Positions 27,775-42,800 of a DNA stretch of 64,000 nucleotides are shown here, piece after piece. How positions within the stretch are numbered: position 1 is the first letter of the stretch; every line of letters begins with the position of its first letter. Under the pieces are notes generated by a model that was not told where the DNA came from, did not search any database, and was given only the letters and a program-made list of their open reading frames with translations. Source of the DNA: Eledone cirrhosa (lineage: Eukaryota). The translations under genes were made by a program, and so were the position numbers. The DNA is taken from assembly GCA_964016885.1 (NCBI GenBank), contig OZ024742.1:299274001-299338000 (forward strand), read 5' to 3'.

Positions 27775-27860
27775 TATATATATATAAATATATATATAAA
27801 TATATATATAAATATATATATATATAAATATATATATAAATATATATACATATATATATA

Positions 27861-28674
<814 letters not shown>

Positions 28675-28748
28675 ATATATATAAATAAATATATATATAT
28701 ATATATATAAATATATATATACATATATATATATAAATATATATATAC

Positions 28749-28839
<91 letters not shown>

Positions 28840-28855
28840 TATATATATATATATT

Positions 28856-28985
<130 letters not shown>

Positions 28986-28988
28986 AAT

Positions 28989-29038
<50 letters not shown>

Positions 29039-29040
<2 letters not shown>

Positions 29041-29885
29041 TGTTATACTTTGGGAGGGTCATGTTGCCAATAAGAAACACACGCACCAGTTGCATCACTT
29101 CAATTTATTATATATTTATAAATTTATAAATTTACAAATCTACAAACTTATAAATTTCTGGTTGGTTGGTTGGTTCCACATTGTACTGAAGGACAATGTA
29201 GAAACAAAAATATAGTGTACATAGGTGAGACAGCTCGTAGTATAGGGGAACGAATAAATGAACACTGGCGAGACCTTCAAGATAATAAAGAATCATCTGT
29301 GCTCTACCAACATGCTAAGATAGAACACAGGGGTAGATTAGAGAACATAGAAATAAAAATAGAATCCACACACAGAAAAGATGCAATGTTTAGGCAAATT
29401 ACAGAGGCAGTAAGCATAATTAAATAGAAAATATGAGTGGAACAGCAACATCACAACTTACAATTAAGGACAAAATGAAAACACACACACACATAGAACA
29501 AACAACCAACCAACAATAAATAAATAAATAAATAAACAAATAGATAAATGATCACAAACACACACAGACACCCGGATGTGGCGCATGCGCAAACTGAGCA
29601 CACAACACACACACAGAAACAAAATGGCGTAGGATAGAAGAAAAGAAAGGCACAGAAACAAAGGAAGGAATCCCCAGTCACTGAAGAGGTTACATAGTGT
29701 GTGACGAAAGGACTATGACTATATATAAACAACTATCTGGTTGTGGAACCAACCAACCAACCAGAAATTTATAAGATTGTAGATTTGTAAATTTATAAAT
29801 TTATAAATATATAATAAATTGAAGTGAAAGCAACTGGTGCGTGTGTTTCTTATTGGCAACATGACCCTCCCAAAGTATAACAATA
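29039..29885 (+). mobile_element. PLE 3' fragment (GIY-YIG + pLTR) with inverted pLTR end
   Basis: NIVYIGETARSIGERINEH...ITEA; 29039-29179 is the inverse of ~29742-29885. Confidence 0.85.
29676..29720 (+). ncRNA. Type I hammerhead ribozyme, canonical core
   Basis: agtca-CTGAAGA-ggttacatagtgtgtgac-GAAA-ggac-TA-tgact. Confidence 0.8.
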
Positions 29886-29956
29886 TCGGTTTCAACACAC
29901 GATTTTAGATAAAGAATCTTGCTAAACAAATTCAGAAACGATATATATATATAAAT

Positions 29957-30124
<168 letters not shown>

Positions 30125-30141
30125 AATATATATATATATAA

Positions 30142-30172
<31 letters not shown>

Positions 30173-30214
30173 TGAGGAGGAGGTTATACTTCAATTGAAG
30201 CATTGTGTAATGAG

Positions 30215-33200
30215 GTATAAACGTTTGTATATGTATAATAAAGCCAAAACAATGCAGGTATGGACATAGAATAAAGAATGCAAATGCAAAAGATATTGTT
30301 GACAATTTGTCTTTTACCTTAGATTTATTTAAATGTCCTAAATTTTCGAGATAATATCTCTTCTTCAGAGGGAATAAAGTTGTCAAACCAGTGTTCTAAA
30401 AAGCTTTCCAAGTCATGCTGACAGGAAATGGTATAGAGTATCTGTTCTATCTCTAATTTCAAAGAGTTAAGATTAGGTGGATAAAGAGTAGTCTCCCTTT
30501 AAGAGGGGTTTGTTTATGTTTTATTTTTGTTATTTTTTTTTGCTTTTTTGTACATGCCTGTTTAAGTGTGTGGGAAAATGCATGAAGGTGTAAGTACGTG
30601 AGTGTGTGTGTGTGTGAGTGTGAGAAGATATGTCTATACGTAAATGTGGGGGATAGATGTTATCTCGTGTTAGAACAGGTTTAGTGTGTGTATGTGTGAG
30701 AGAGAATTAGTGGAGGTATAATCGTGTGTGTGTGTGTGTGCGTGCGTGTGTGCGTGTTCGCCCCGACCAACACACCTGACGCAAAACCCCTCGTCACAGA
30801 CTTGACAGGATCCCTCTCCCGAGAGGAATTAGACCTCCTCAGCCTGGGCCAAAGTTCATATTGAAACAGAGACTGGGCGACAAATTATGGCTCGACATAG
30901 AAGCGAATTTCTGTCGGGCTGCCTCCAAACTAAAATGGATATCGAATCTCGGCAACAACACCACGGAATCTATCAAACCCAGATTCCCGATATACCAACT
31001 GGATCGCCCACTCTGTCCACCGCCTGCCAACCGCGAGCTTGACGAAAAACTCTCGAGGCTAAAACATTCCGTATTTAACATCTTACGGAAACAGAAGAAG
31101 ATAGCGCCAAACCTCTCCAGGACACAACAACTGGCCCTGAAGAACCTACGGAATAGGGAACTTATATACTTACCATCCGACAAAGGTAAAGAGTTTTGAG
31201 TCATCTCTCAAGCCACATACAACAACCTAGCCTTTGAACACCTAAGTGACAATGAATTATACACAGAGATCGCGGACATGACCGCAGCCCAGATCGAAAA
31301 ACAGACCAACTCCATCTGGTCCGATATCTGTAGGAGAAGACAACTCCCTAATAAAGTTAAGTTCAACTACACCACTAGAAATAGCAGACTGCCCACTTTC
31401 TACCACCTCATCAAGACACACAAGAATAGCACTAATACGCAAATAAGACCCATCGTCTCTAGCATAGTAGGACCCCTATACAAAATTTCCTGGCTCCTCT
31501 CCCAGGTCTTCAAGCCTCTACTCTCCACCTTTCCCGGGCATGTCAGTAGCTCCGACGTAGTTATACGTAGACTACACCAACTCCAGTCAGAACAACTTAA
31601 ACTAAACAGATACGCCTTTACCCTCGACGTTGTCTCCCTCTACACTACAGTCCCCGCTCATCCAACTGTCGATTTATTGACGGACTGCGTGGTCGCAGAG
31701 GACATCCACTGCTACGGCCTCCACCCGACGGACACACACCAGCTTTTGTCCTTCACAGTAGACAACACGTACTTCACCTTCCACCACCACACATACAGAA
31801 AGACAACAGGATTACCCATGGGATCCAGCCTATCGGGCCTGCTGGCCATCACCTACATGAACCAGCTAGAATGCCGAGCCCTCAACACCTGCTATTCCCA
31901 TAACTTCTTCACCCGATATGTAGATGACATACTCATCCTTACATCATCCCGTGAGGAGGCAGATAAAATATACACAACATTCTCCAGCATGGACGCCAGT
32001 ATAAAGTTCAGCATGGAACACCCCGATGACCGCGGATCCCTATCCTTGCTGGACTTCCAACTCAGGGTAACAGAGGAAGGCAACATCCACACCTGCTTCT
32101 ATAAAAAAGCCGCCAGCAGGGACCTGTTCGTACATTTCAGATCGGCTCTCCCACTCGGTGCCAAGTTCGGATACATAAGGAACGAACTGGCACGTATCCG
32201 GAACAAATGCACCGACGCTAGAGACCGAGACACACACACCACACATTTCCTGCAAGTTCTCAAACTGAACGGATACACGACATCCACCACAAACCGTGCC
32301 AGAAAGAACAGAGGACACCACACCCGAGGCACTAACACTTGCTTCCTGAAGCTCCCACACTTCAGTGAAGAATCAACAACAGCCATCCGCGAAGCTATCA
32401 GACGAGAGGGACTAGATATCCAACTGGCCCACTCAGGTCCTTCTCTGCGCGGTCAGCTGACCAGGGGACACTCCGCCAGAAATGACAACTGCTGCAGACT
32501 AGCCAACTGCCCCATCAACGACACAGACCTATGCTACCAGGCTTACGTCGTATACAGACTAGAGTGTGACAAATGCAACAACTTCTACGTAGGTAGCACC
32601 ACCAGACCACTCCACATAAGAATAAAAGAACACCTCAATACTAACGCTTCCTCATTTAAGAAACACCTAGTTAAATGCAAAAACACCGACAAAACCATAA
32701 CAGTTAGGATAGAAACTAAGGAAAGAAACCTCGGCAATCTTAGAATTAAGGAAGCACTAATTATAGACAAAACACAACCACCAATTAATAATAGACTAGA
32801 ACTCAACACCCAATTTATAACTTGATAGAGCTCCTAGCCCCATATTTACACACACCCCACACGCACACACGCACGCACACACACACACACACACGATTAC
32901 ACCTCCACTTATTCTCTCTCACACATACACACACTAAACCTGTTCTAACACGAGATAACATCTATCTCCCACATTTACGTATAGTCATATCTTCTCACAC
33001 TCACACTCACACACTCACGTACTTACACCTTCATGCATTCTCCCACACACTTAAACAGGCATGTACAAAAAAACAAAAAAAATAACAAAAACAAAACATA
33101 AACAAACCCCTCTTAAAGGGAGACTACTCTTTATCCACCTAATCTTAACTCTTTGAAATTAGAGATAGAACAGATACTCTATACCATTTCCTGTCAGCAT

Positions 33201-33392
33201 GACTTGGAAAGCTTTTTAGAACACTGGTTTGACAACTTTATTCCCTCTGAAGAAGAGATATTATCTCGAAAATTTAGGACATTTAAATAAATCTAAGGTA
33301 AAAGACAAATTGTCAACAATATCTTTTGCATTTGCATTCTTTATTCTATGTCCATACCTGCATTGTTTTGGCTCTATTATACATATACAAAC

Positions 33393-33397
<5 letters not shown>
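30215..33397 (+). mobile_element. Penelope-like element with ~540-bp inverted pLTRs
   Basis: 30215-30757 is the inverse of ~32860-33397; ORF between them; flanked by (TA)n; minimal HHRs at 33243-33279 (+) and 30336-30372 (-). Confidence 0.92.
30760..32825 (+). pseudogene. PLE RT + GIY-YIG ORF (5'-truncated, one in-frame TGA at 31197)
   Basis: DKG, RPIVSS, LDVVSLY, GLPMGSSLS, RYVDD, LLD, VVYRLEC..FYVGST.R.L..RIKEH. Confidence 0.9.
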
Positions 33398-33428
<31 letters not shown>

Positions 33429-33449
33429 GCATATACATATATATATATA

Positions 33450-33723
33450 TAAAATAAAATAAAATAAATAAGTCAAATGTTTAAAATTTGGCTTCGTTTA
33501 TTACTGTCGGTGACAGCCATCTTTGTCTGTGACCTCTGCAGGCAGTCCGAATTAGTGTGGTAGAGACGAGTATACATGTTATTGAGGTGTACTCGTCTGT
33601 ACCACACTAATTCGGACTTCATGAAGAGGTCACAGTCAAAGATGGCTATCACCGAAATATATATAGCAGTAATAAACGAAGCCAAATTTTAAACATTTGA
33701 CTTATTTATTTTATTTTATTTTA
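33450..33723. repeat. Imperfect foldback element
   Basis: Arms of about 130 bp pairing around a short loop near 33575-33587. Confidence 0.85.
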
Positions 33724-33817
33724 CATTTCTCCGGAGTAACCAAACCAACCTGCGCACTTCGTCGAGTTCTCCAATCTGCATACTATGGTGTTGGTATACA
33801 GCCAACATATACTCAAA

Positions 33818-33909
<92 letters not shown>

Positions 33910-33914
<5 letters not shown>

Positions 33915-34162
33915 ATGGAATTAATACCATTTGTTAGGTAATATGCCATTTAGCTACATAATCAAATAACTGCATACACGCACAAAAACAGAAACATTTA
34001 CAAACACACTTACAAGCCCCCATATATATAGGGAGAAAAAAACGATTATTAGGAAGAAAGAAATTTCTTTTTTCTTATTTTTCTTTTCTTTTTTCTGGGT
34101 TAGAAAATGTTTAAAACAAAATATTTTTCTTTGTGTGGAGTGTTAAGGTATTTGTTAAATTC

Positions 34163-34197
<35 letters not shown>

Positions 34198-34404
34198 TTT
34201 TTTCTCCCTATATATTCCAACTCGTGTGCTCCTTCTCCACACTTTATAATTATTTATATATATGTATATATATATATATGCATATATATATATGGGGGCG
34301 TGTAAGTGTGTTTGTATATGTTTCTGTTTGTGTGTCTGTATGCAGTTATTTGATTATGTAGCTCAATGGCATATTACCTAACAAATGGTATTAATTCCAT
34401 TACA
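33910..34404. repeat. Inverted repeat, ~115-bp arms
   Basis: atgtaatggaattaatacc... / ...ggtattaattccattacat. Confidence 0.8.
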
Positions 34405-35629
34405 TAACCCGTTATCAGTGAGTGTTTTTATGAGAAAGTTTCTATAGAAAGTTTGAAGAAATCCGATCATTGGTTCGAACTGTAAAATTCTATTCTTAGA
34501 TCCCCGGCTGTGTTATCGATCGGCGCCTCAGTAACTACTTAAGAGAAAATGTTTCCTTCTATATCTGCTATATATGCTATCTAATTGGTGGTTTAGAATA
34601 TGTTTTTATTGTTTTGCTTTTAATTCCAATTGCCCCCCATCCAAACAAATCTATAAGAGTAATCTCGTACATCTTTCGACCGAAAACATTCCCACCCTTC
34701 CTATAGCTAGAATCGATCATTGAATAAGATTTAAAACAACTGAAGTAGAGGAAATGAAGAGCTACAATAGAAAACGCTTACTCACAACTTTAGCACACAG
34801 AAAAACCTGCAATCAGTAGTCTTGTTTATTTAATGCTTATTTCAATCTATCACGTCTTGAGGTGTTCAGACGTAGGTAACAATTTGGGAGAGTTTCTTCA
34901 CTAAATTACTGGTTACATTAAAAGTATTCTAATTTCTGTTTCGCTTTACTTGAAGTAAATAAGTTAACCTTTCTAGGTTTATATTTAACTAAATTAATCT
35001 TATCTGTTAAGATTGTGTTACTTCTTTTTGTTGATTTCTCTACAGGTTAATACATTCCTCTAGTTTCCAGGGACGGTATTCATTGCCTGTGTATTGTATA
35101 CTCTACTATCTACTAGCTGTTCGATATAACATCATTTATTAAAGTCGACATGTAAACAATGTACAATAGAGTGAACAAATGACGGATGTCTATTCAATAG
35201 TACCAGTGATAATGTTAATACTATTCAATTCCTCTAATGTAGTAGCATAATAAATAGTATTTTATTATTGGAAGGTAAGAATTGAGATGTGATATTATTC
35301 TTACCATTCCTAATAGTATCAGTGATTAAAATCACTTCAAATTGGAACGGAAATCAGATTGGAATCTAGATTCGCCAAAGTGTATATTCTCTTGTCCACA
35401 TGAAATTTCTTATTTCAACAGCACCATTTTCAATCAATAGTATTTATTCCAGTAATTCTTTTTATCCGTCGCTATTTGTGTAAATTGTCAAGATGATGAA
35501 TAAAATAATTCATTCAGATCAGATAATTTGATATAAAAATTGTTACGTGTTAAATAGTATAGTATTGTTAAAATCCTAAACTAGATCTCTTACTGAATTC
35601 CTCCATGACAATTAATTTAACGTGGTTAA

Positions 35630-36260
35630 CTTCTTCTTCGGCCGAGTTTACACTCGCAAAGATTCAGCACGCTTTCTCCAATCGTCCCGGTCGAGCATGA
35701 CATTTCTCAGTTCATCGATGTTATCAATATTGGCATCTCTCAGCAGGGTATCAATAAATGAGACGGCCTGTCTTCCCACGCTTCTTCGTCCGACTGCCGG
35801 TTTCCAGAGCACAAGTTGTGATGCTATATCTTCTGGATGACAGATGCAGTGCCCAGCCAGTTTCATTCGTCTGCAAGCAACTTGTTTTGAGACTGATGGT
35901 AGTGATCTGTATAGTTCCTTATTTGTCAGCTAGCTTCTGTTTCCAAGAAATGTTGAGAGCCATTCTCAACATCCTCGTGTAACATCCGTCAAGTATCTTG
36001 CATATCACTTTGTCTATAGTCCGCAAAGTAGGACAGATTCAACAGTTGCTAGGAAAAGGTGCTACTTGATTTTGCGGTTTAGGTCGGACTTCCACACCTG
36101 CAGTAGCTTGTGACAAACCGACCATGCTAATGCTTTTCTAACTTCAAAGTCCTAGCCTGAGCTGTGCATCCATACATCAAGATACTTGAAGTTCTCAACT
36201 GTTTTGATTGTTGTACCGTCCTTGGCAAGAACTGGAGCTGGATCAACCTGATTAAACTTG
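35630..36260 (-). mobile_element. RTE-clade LINE 3' fragment
   Basis: VENFKYL...RMKLAGHCICHPE..LVLWKP..GR..FIDTL..DRDDWRKR. Confidence 0.85.
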
Positions 36261-38302
36261 GTTAAATATAACGGCGTATAATTTAGTTAAACGTTTAACA
36301 ATTTGTATTTTATTCTATTGACCTCCACAAGTATGAAAGAAAAAGTTGACTTCGATGCGAAATATTTTATTAGGTAGTTCACCACAATTGCTGAGGTACG
36401 AATTTATGGTACAAAATTGATAGATATCATATATATTTATATTTTAAAGTAATGAGACAGCGTATACCAAGTATTGATAGCATAGCATTCATCTGTCATA
36501 AGTAGGCATACGAAAAAAATCCTGTGGAGGTTAGATAATATATCATTCGATAGATGGACATCCCAAAAGTTTAATATTGCCAGCATTCTAATCGACAATA
36601 TCTCTGCGTTTGCTATAACCTGTTATTCTCTCAAACATTTTGTTTTTTCAATGCCACTTGATCAACGTTTTATTTCACTGATAGTTTGAAATTTTAGTTT
36701 ACATATTCAAACTTATCATGGTAAATCTTCTATGAATTTGAGATATTCAAGTTAGCAAATAAAAAAAACGAGCCTTATTCATCATATCTGCTAGAAACCG
36801 CAGTCGAACCTTCCTAAAAAGATATCCTACCATATTACAAATGTACTCATTAGATAGCGTTCTACCACGTTGACTATACTTGAAATTAAGTCGAGATGGC
36901 CATGGTTAGATGGCTAATGCTTTTGATTAGCCATTTTCTCTATCAGAACCTTATTGGGTTTGGTTAAAATATTTGGGTAAAAAGTTTGTTATATTTATAT
37001 TTCTAAATGAAAATTCCTAAATCGTTTTACTGGTGCATACTTTTTTTCCTGGAGAAATACGTATTGCAGATGAAGTCGTTATTATAATATTTAGAAGTAC
37101 TGAGCAGTTTTCACTGCTTTCTTCCCTTAATTTCATATTTTGAGTTTATCATGTAGGATATTAGCTTCATCAAATATTTTAATATTTCGACGCATATAGT
37201 ACAAAATATACAAATGCATAGAGTTGTATAATAGAATCAATGATGGAATTGTGTCTTATTCTCAGTGTATTTATATAATAAATTTGTCACTGTATTGACT
37301 GGTTCATAGAATGCAAGAAGGCTATTGCCACTTTGACGACTGTTAAAGAACCAGAAATGGCGCCGTAAGTGTGCTATCACTTGCTTGCTAAGGATTAATG
37401 GCGAATAAATCACCGTTTCTAAAATCCATAGCGAGGCTATGAAAATGTTTATTTACATGAACATTTTGGATATGATTCAATATACAACCCCAGTCACGTC
37501 CCAGTGACGTTATGATAGGGTGATGTTACCTTTCATTAATTAGAGTCCACAACCTTTGTTCTGTATGCAAGTGAGCCTCGTCAGCCGATGTTCATAAGCA
37601 TGAAACCTATAGGATTTTAGTTTATTTTCGTCTTCGCACCCAAGCAAACGCTAACTTTCTGCCAACGGTTAAAGAACCAAAAGCGGTGCCGTCGGGATAA
37701 TCTCCCTTGTTTGCTAAAATGTAGTAGTGAATACATTACTGCTTCTAAAATTCATGTTTATTTACATGAATATTTCATATATGATTCAATATACAACCCA
37801 GTCACACACATACACAGACACACAGATATACACATGCATACACACACGCAGACACATATATATATATATATTGAGTGGGGGTTTGTGCAGGTCTTGATAA
37901 ACCTATGTTTAGAATTACATTCTTTCAACTCCTGCCTTATTTCCTTCTTCCACTTCCCCTTCCTCTATTGTCTAAGAATAGCCAAAGCTTGACATATTTC
38001 AAGAACATTACACAAATATTAACCACCCCATATATCTGGCCCCAGCACTATCCCATTGTGCAGATAATCTAGTTCCAAATACCACTTAAAACCGTATTGA
38101 CATAACAACTGGTCAACTACTACAGATCCCTTGGAGAATCGTGGGAATGTCCAGTTTATTTGAACAAATGTCAATGCCACAGAACCTTTTTCACATTTTG
38201 GCAAATATCGCAGTTTCTTTAGAGATACTTGCCAGATAACCTGAAACCGGAGGGCTCACGCTCATTAATATATATATATATAACGCTTAATATATTGATA
38301 AC

Positions 38303-38347
38303 GCTCCGATGATTCCAAACGAGTGATTGGAAGAAACGATTGTCAGC
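38303..38347 (+). ncRNA. Hammerhead-like motif, CCGATGA core
   Basis: gct-CCGATGA-ttccaa(acgagtga)ttggaa-GAAA-cgattg-TC-agc; related degenerate copy at 52294-52338. Confidence 0.6.
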
Positions 38348-39794
38348 TATTAAATGATTTGAACACAACTTTGATAATTGTATAATTTATTGATTTAACT
38401 GCTCTGTAAAACAACTGATGTACATACATTGAGCTATTTCCCTTACTGGTAATAAGGTTATTAAAAAATTACTGACCTTTCTGTTTGTGGTTGTTTATAC
38501 TATATACATAACTACAAATAGTATTATTATTATATATATATATATATATGTCTGTGTGTGCGCGCGCATGTGTGTGTTTGCGTGTGTGGGAGGGTGTATT
38601 TGTGTGTATCTGTGTCCGTGCGTGCGTTTATATGTGTGTTTGTGTGTATGAATTTATGATGACATGATAAATTTAGTCTTCATAATGATTATGCATTCAC
38701 GTCTCTCCAGACAGTAGCGTACTCCATACATATTCACTTATAAAAAGAAAAGAAAATACTACGAAAGTTTGAAATGCACAGATGTATCGAGATAAAATGA
38801 TGGGAAATGTAAAAGGAAATAGTTATATACTTATAGTATACTTATAGTATGCTTTCTAAAAATATGCAAAATAGGAAGGAGTAATTTCCATAAAGCCAAT
38901 TACACCAATGAAGACAATTCCCCCGTTGAACGAAAGCTTTTAAATGTTTGATTATAATTATTCTATTTTCAGAATAAATGCAATATGACCTAAAAGTGGA
39001 GATATATTTATAACGGAACAAGGAGACACTATGTAGTTTATTTAGTAATCTAGATAGTCAAAAGATATTGGATATAATCTATTCACGCTGGTAAGTAATA
39101 CATTAAAATTTTGAGAAACCACTAGAAGTAATGCCTGTCCCTTTGGAGATGCAATACATCTCTGAACTGATCCCTTGAGAGCACGCATGCTAAAACCAGC
39201 ATTGTAAGGAACCTTAGCAAATACCTAATGTTCTAATTGTTTAACCCACTCGTTACTTTATTTGTAATGAAATAAACAGCCTTGGATTGTCAATTGATTT
39301 GAAAATGCTAAATAATTTCGATTAAAAAATATATAACTAAAGTTATATGATTCATATAGGTTGGAGCATGAACAGTGCTTACATAAAATTGCAAAGAAAG
39401 AATTTCTTGCCGAGTGCCTTCCCGTCACCTAAGGCACTCACTGCATACATTGATAAGCAACAAAAGCCTAATCGCACCATGTTCACATCAAGCATTTATA
39501 CAGTTACAAATATATAAGTTGCTTTATACATGTGCTAATTATCTGGTTAAAATTATATTTACAACATAATGTTATTCAATCATATAAGAGTGATCAATTA
39601 TTTACAACTTACATAATTATGAAATATAATTATTTCTACGTTTGGCACAAGACCAGGAATTACTCAGTGCATTACTGGTACTTTATTTTATCGATCCCGT
39701 AAGGATGAAAGGCAAAGTTAACCTCGGCGGGATAATTATGAAATATAATGAAATAAAGTTTTGTTAAAAATTTACGTAGATGTTTATCATTCTC

Positions 39795-40330
39795 GCAGTG
39801 ATAGTGCTCTTCTCAATAGGTGTGCCTTATCAATTAACACCACTTTTTGTGCTTCTTGAAATGATGGTAAGCCAGGTATCATTCTTAAACAAATTTCTGT
39901 CCCTTTTTTATCATTCCTAGTCCTCCTACAACCATTGATGTTTTAGCTACCTTCAGATGCCACATTTTGTTTCATTTTGTTTCAATGAATTTATATAGCT
40001 TTCTGAATCTGTCGGTTTGGTATGTAGATATAGTCTTCATCTCAATGCTTTCTAGTGAGCTAGTGTAATCTACTTTTGCATGCTGGCAGAGCACTGAATA
40101 TTATTTCTCGTCTTTGTGTTCTCACCAGGGCTCGTTTATCCTTTCTTCTATACTGTGAGCCGTTTCACGAATTTTGTGGTTTTGCTTCATCGCCGCTCTG
40201 TAAACCTTATGCAGAATATCCAATTTTTAGCGGTAGAGGGTAATTTCTTAAATGAATATGTTTCTGCTAAACTGGGATATGATGGGTATCTCTGGGGTTT
40301 TTTCTGCCACCGTAATTTTCAGGTCTAGTT
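39795..40330 (-). mobile_element. Old fragments: PLE GIY-YIG joined to an R4/Dong C-terminus
   Basis: ETAHSIEERINE...SVLCQHAKV resembles the 29170 ORF; KMWHLK..MVVGGLGMIKKG / IPGLP..EAQKVVL..AHLLRRAL resembles the end of the 42941 ORF. Confidence 0.65.
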
Positions 40331-41602
40331 TATCTACATATATATATTCATACACATACATACATACATGTAAACATGATGATGGCTGCCTCCTCGTTAT
40401 CGAGTATGGCCATTGCACGATATAACATTATTTATAATTATCAGTTAATGCTATCGTGCAATGCCTGTGCGTGAACTTTTTTTTAAAGTGAGGAAAGACT
40501 GTGCACTGAGCCAATCTCACTCTCTGAGCGACAGTAGCTATAACCCAAAAAGAAGAAAAGATCAACATCATCGGTAACTACTGAGCCGCAGGTTTTACGT
40601 CGGAGTTATCCCAATTTCCTGAGTTGCCTTCTCCTAGAAGAATGCCCTGACAAAAGCTCAGTGTCCTTCACTCCCAATGATTTAACCGCTCGATCGTGTA
40701 TCCAGCTCGATTATTTCTATGTCCCCGCGCATATACATACATATATCCACATATATATATATATGTGTAAATACATATTTATACATGTATAGGTAAGAAC
40801 CACAAAATGCAAATTAAAATGTTATCTCAGATTTCAGTTTAACAACAAAGAGAAAGAAGTAAGTATATTGAAATATTGTACGGGCTACTTTAAAATCTTT
40901 CACGGTTTTCTGTAAAATCCTAAACACAGAAAAAATATATTCTATGATAAGGAACAATATTATGTTACATTCTGACTTCCGGGAATTACAAATATTTATT
41001 TTCCCTTTTCTTTTCGTTTTAACTCAATGCAATTTGTTATCCTTACATAATATGGAAAATCCACATTGAAAGAACATCACTGATTAAATACGCAAATAAA
41101 TATTGATATACGTGATAGACTATAGATTTTAAAGGAGACTGAAAATATTTATGTAAAGAGCCAGGACAAATAAATAATAGAAGCCATCTAAAACTTCATT
41201 AAAAATAACGATCATAGCATCTTTCTTCGCTTTCTAATCGTTTATGCGGTTTATTTTTCAATATATTAGATAAGGTTACCTGAAATCTGATCCAAAATAC
41301 TCTGATCATTTATCTTATTATCTCCTAGATATCGTAATGAATTTTTTTTAAAGAATAATAACGCTATAAGTTTAGGAATATACTTTCATATCGTAATGCT
41401 TTTAAATTTCTACGAGTTCATATGCTGCTGGAAAACGTGAACTTACGCTGGCGTTCCGAGAAAATCACTTTTTAATGTTTATAGTAACACTGTAAATATA
41501 AGTCTGAAATATATGCAACGAAAAGGGAAGAGTACAAAATCCAGGAGGGAGGTTCCAAGAGGGTACGGATAAGGCTGCTAATATAAAGTGTAGACTGTTA
41601 AT

Positions 41603-41979
41603 AATTGTTTATACTTTTGGCACAAGGCCAGCAAACAACTAGTGCGTTACTGGTACTTTATTTTGTCGACCCTGTAAGGATGAAAGGCACAGTTAACCTC
41701 GGCTGGATTTGAACTAGGAACGTAAAGGGTCATAACTCTATGCTGCAAAGCATGGTGTCTGACGCTCTACCGATACTGACAATCCACTGTTAATAATTGT
41801 TTGTACTTTTGGCACAAGGTCAGTAATTATCCGAGTGTATTACTGGTACTTTATTCTATCGACCCCGTAAGGATGATAGGCAAAGTTAACCTCGGCGGGA
41901 TTTGAACTCAGACCGTAAAGGGACGTAATTCTAAACTGCATAGCATGGCGTCAGACCCTCTACTGATACTGCCAATCCG
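41603..41979 (-). mobile_element. Two tandem SINE family 1 copies
   Basis: Reverse-complement matches to the SINE consensus. Confidence 0.85.
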
Positions 41980-42768
41980 TGGCTAGAATAGCAACTCGAA
42001 GTATGAGGTATGGAATGGTTCTAAGATATATAGAAATCTAAAACAATTACAGAAAGGGAGGAGTGATACTAAAGATTTACTACAGATGAAAGAGTGGTGT
42101 AAATTTACAAACTGAAGATACGTAGATTATTATTAAGTTGTTGGTCTAACGATTGTAATGCCAAATGTTTAATCTGCGGACAGGATAACCTTTCAATTGA
42201 TTTGTACTATCAGTTTCTTAATATCACATGAAGCCAGGATAATCTCCAGCCTGTCTCCAGAAAAAATTATATTCTATGATATATTCTATATCCGAGACTC
42301 TATCACCTCAGTCAATTAACCGCTTTCAAGCGTTCCTTGAATATGAATGAAACAAAACCTGAAATAGTCCTCTATGAGGGATAATGAGATAGCTGTGATG
42401 TATCAGCTTCAAATACTCGTATCGAGACTACATGTGCCTGTATTATACCTAAATATCTTGCGCCATATATATTTTACTTCTTTAACACTTGTTTAAAACA
42501 CAAACTTCTAATAGAAATGACGTATCAAGATACAAAAACCTTCTTTTAAAAGACATACATAAACACAAATGATTATAAATAAAAAACAATGTTAGAAATT
42601 CCTCAATATACTTTTAGTATTCAGTAAGAACTAATTTTCAAAACACTAATTGATATTGCTTTCTTGACTAGAACATTTCTGTTTCATTTTTTTATCTTTT
42701 ATTGTTGCTGTTGTTATTATTATTAGTATTGTCCCCTACATGTCGGCCCTTGTGGCTAATAAATGAAA

Positions 42769-42800
<32 letters not shown>

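Noticed and set aside
31197-31199. In-frame TGA at a Cys position (DKGKEF*VIS) as selenocysteine, as in Naiad PLEs
   Set aside because: The paralog near 24747 has TGC. Naiads have an N-terminal GIY-YIG whereas here it is C-terminal, and no SECIS was identified. A point nonsense mutation is simpler
38019-38240. Minus-strand ORF as a host exon
   Set aside because: No donor or linked exons; more likely a decayed repeat; not assignable
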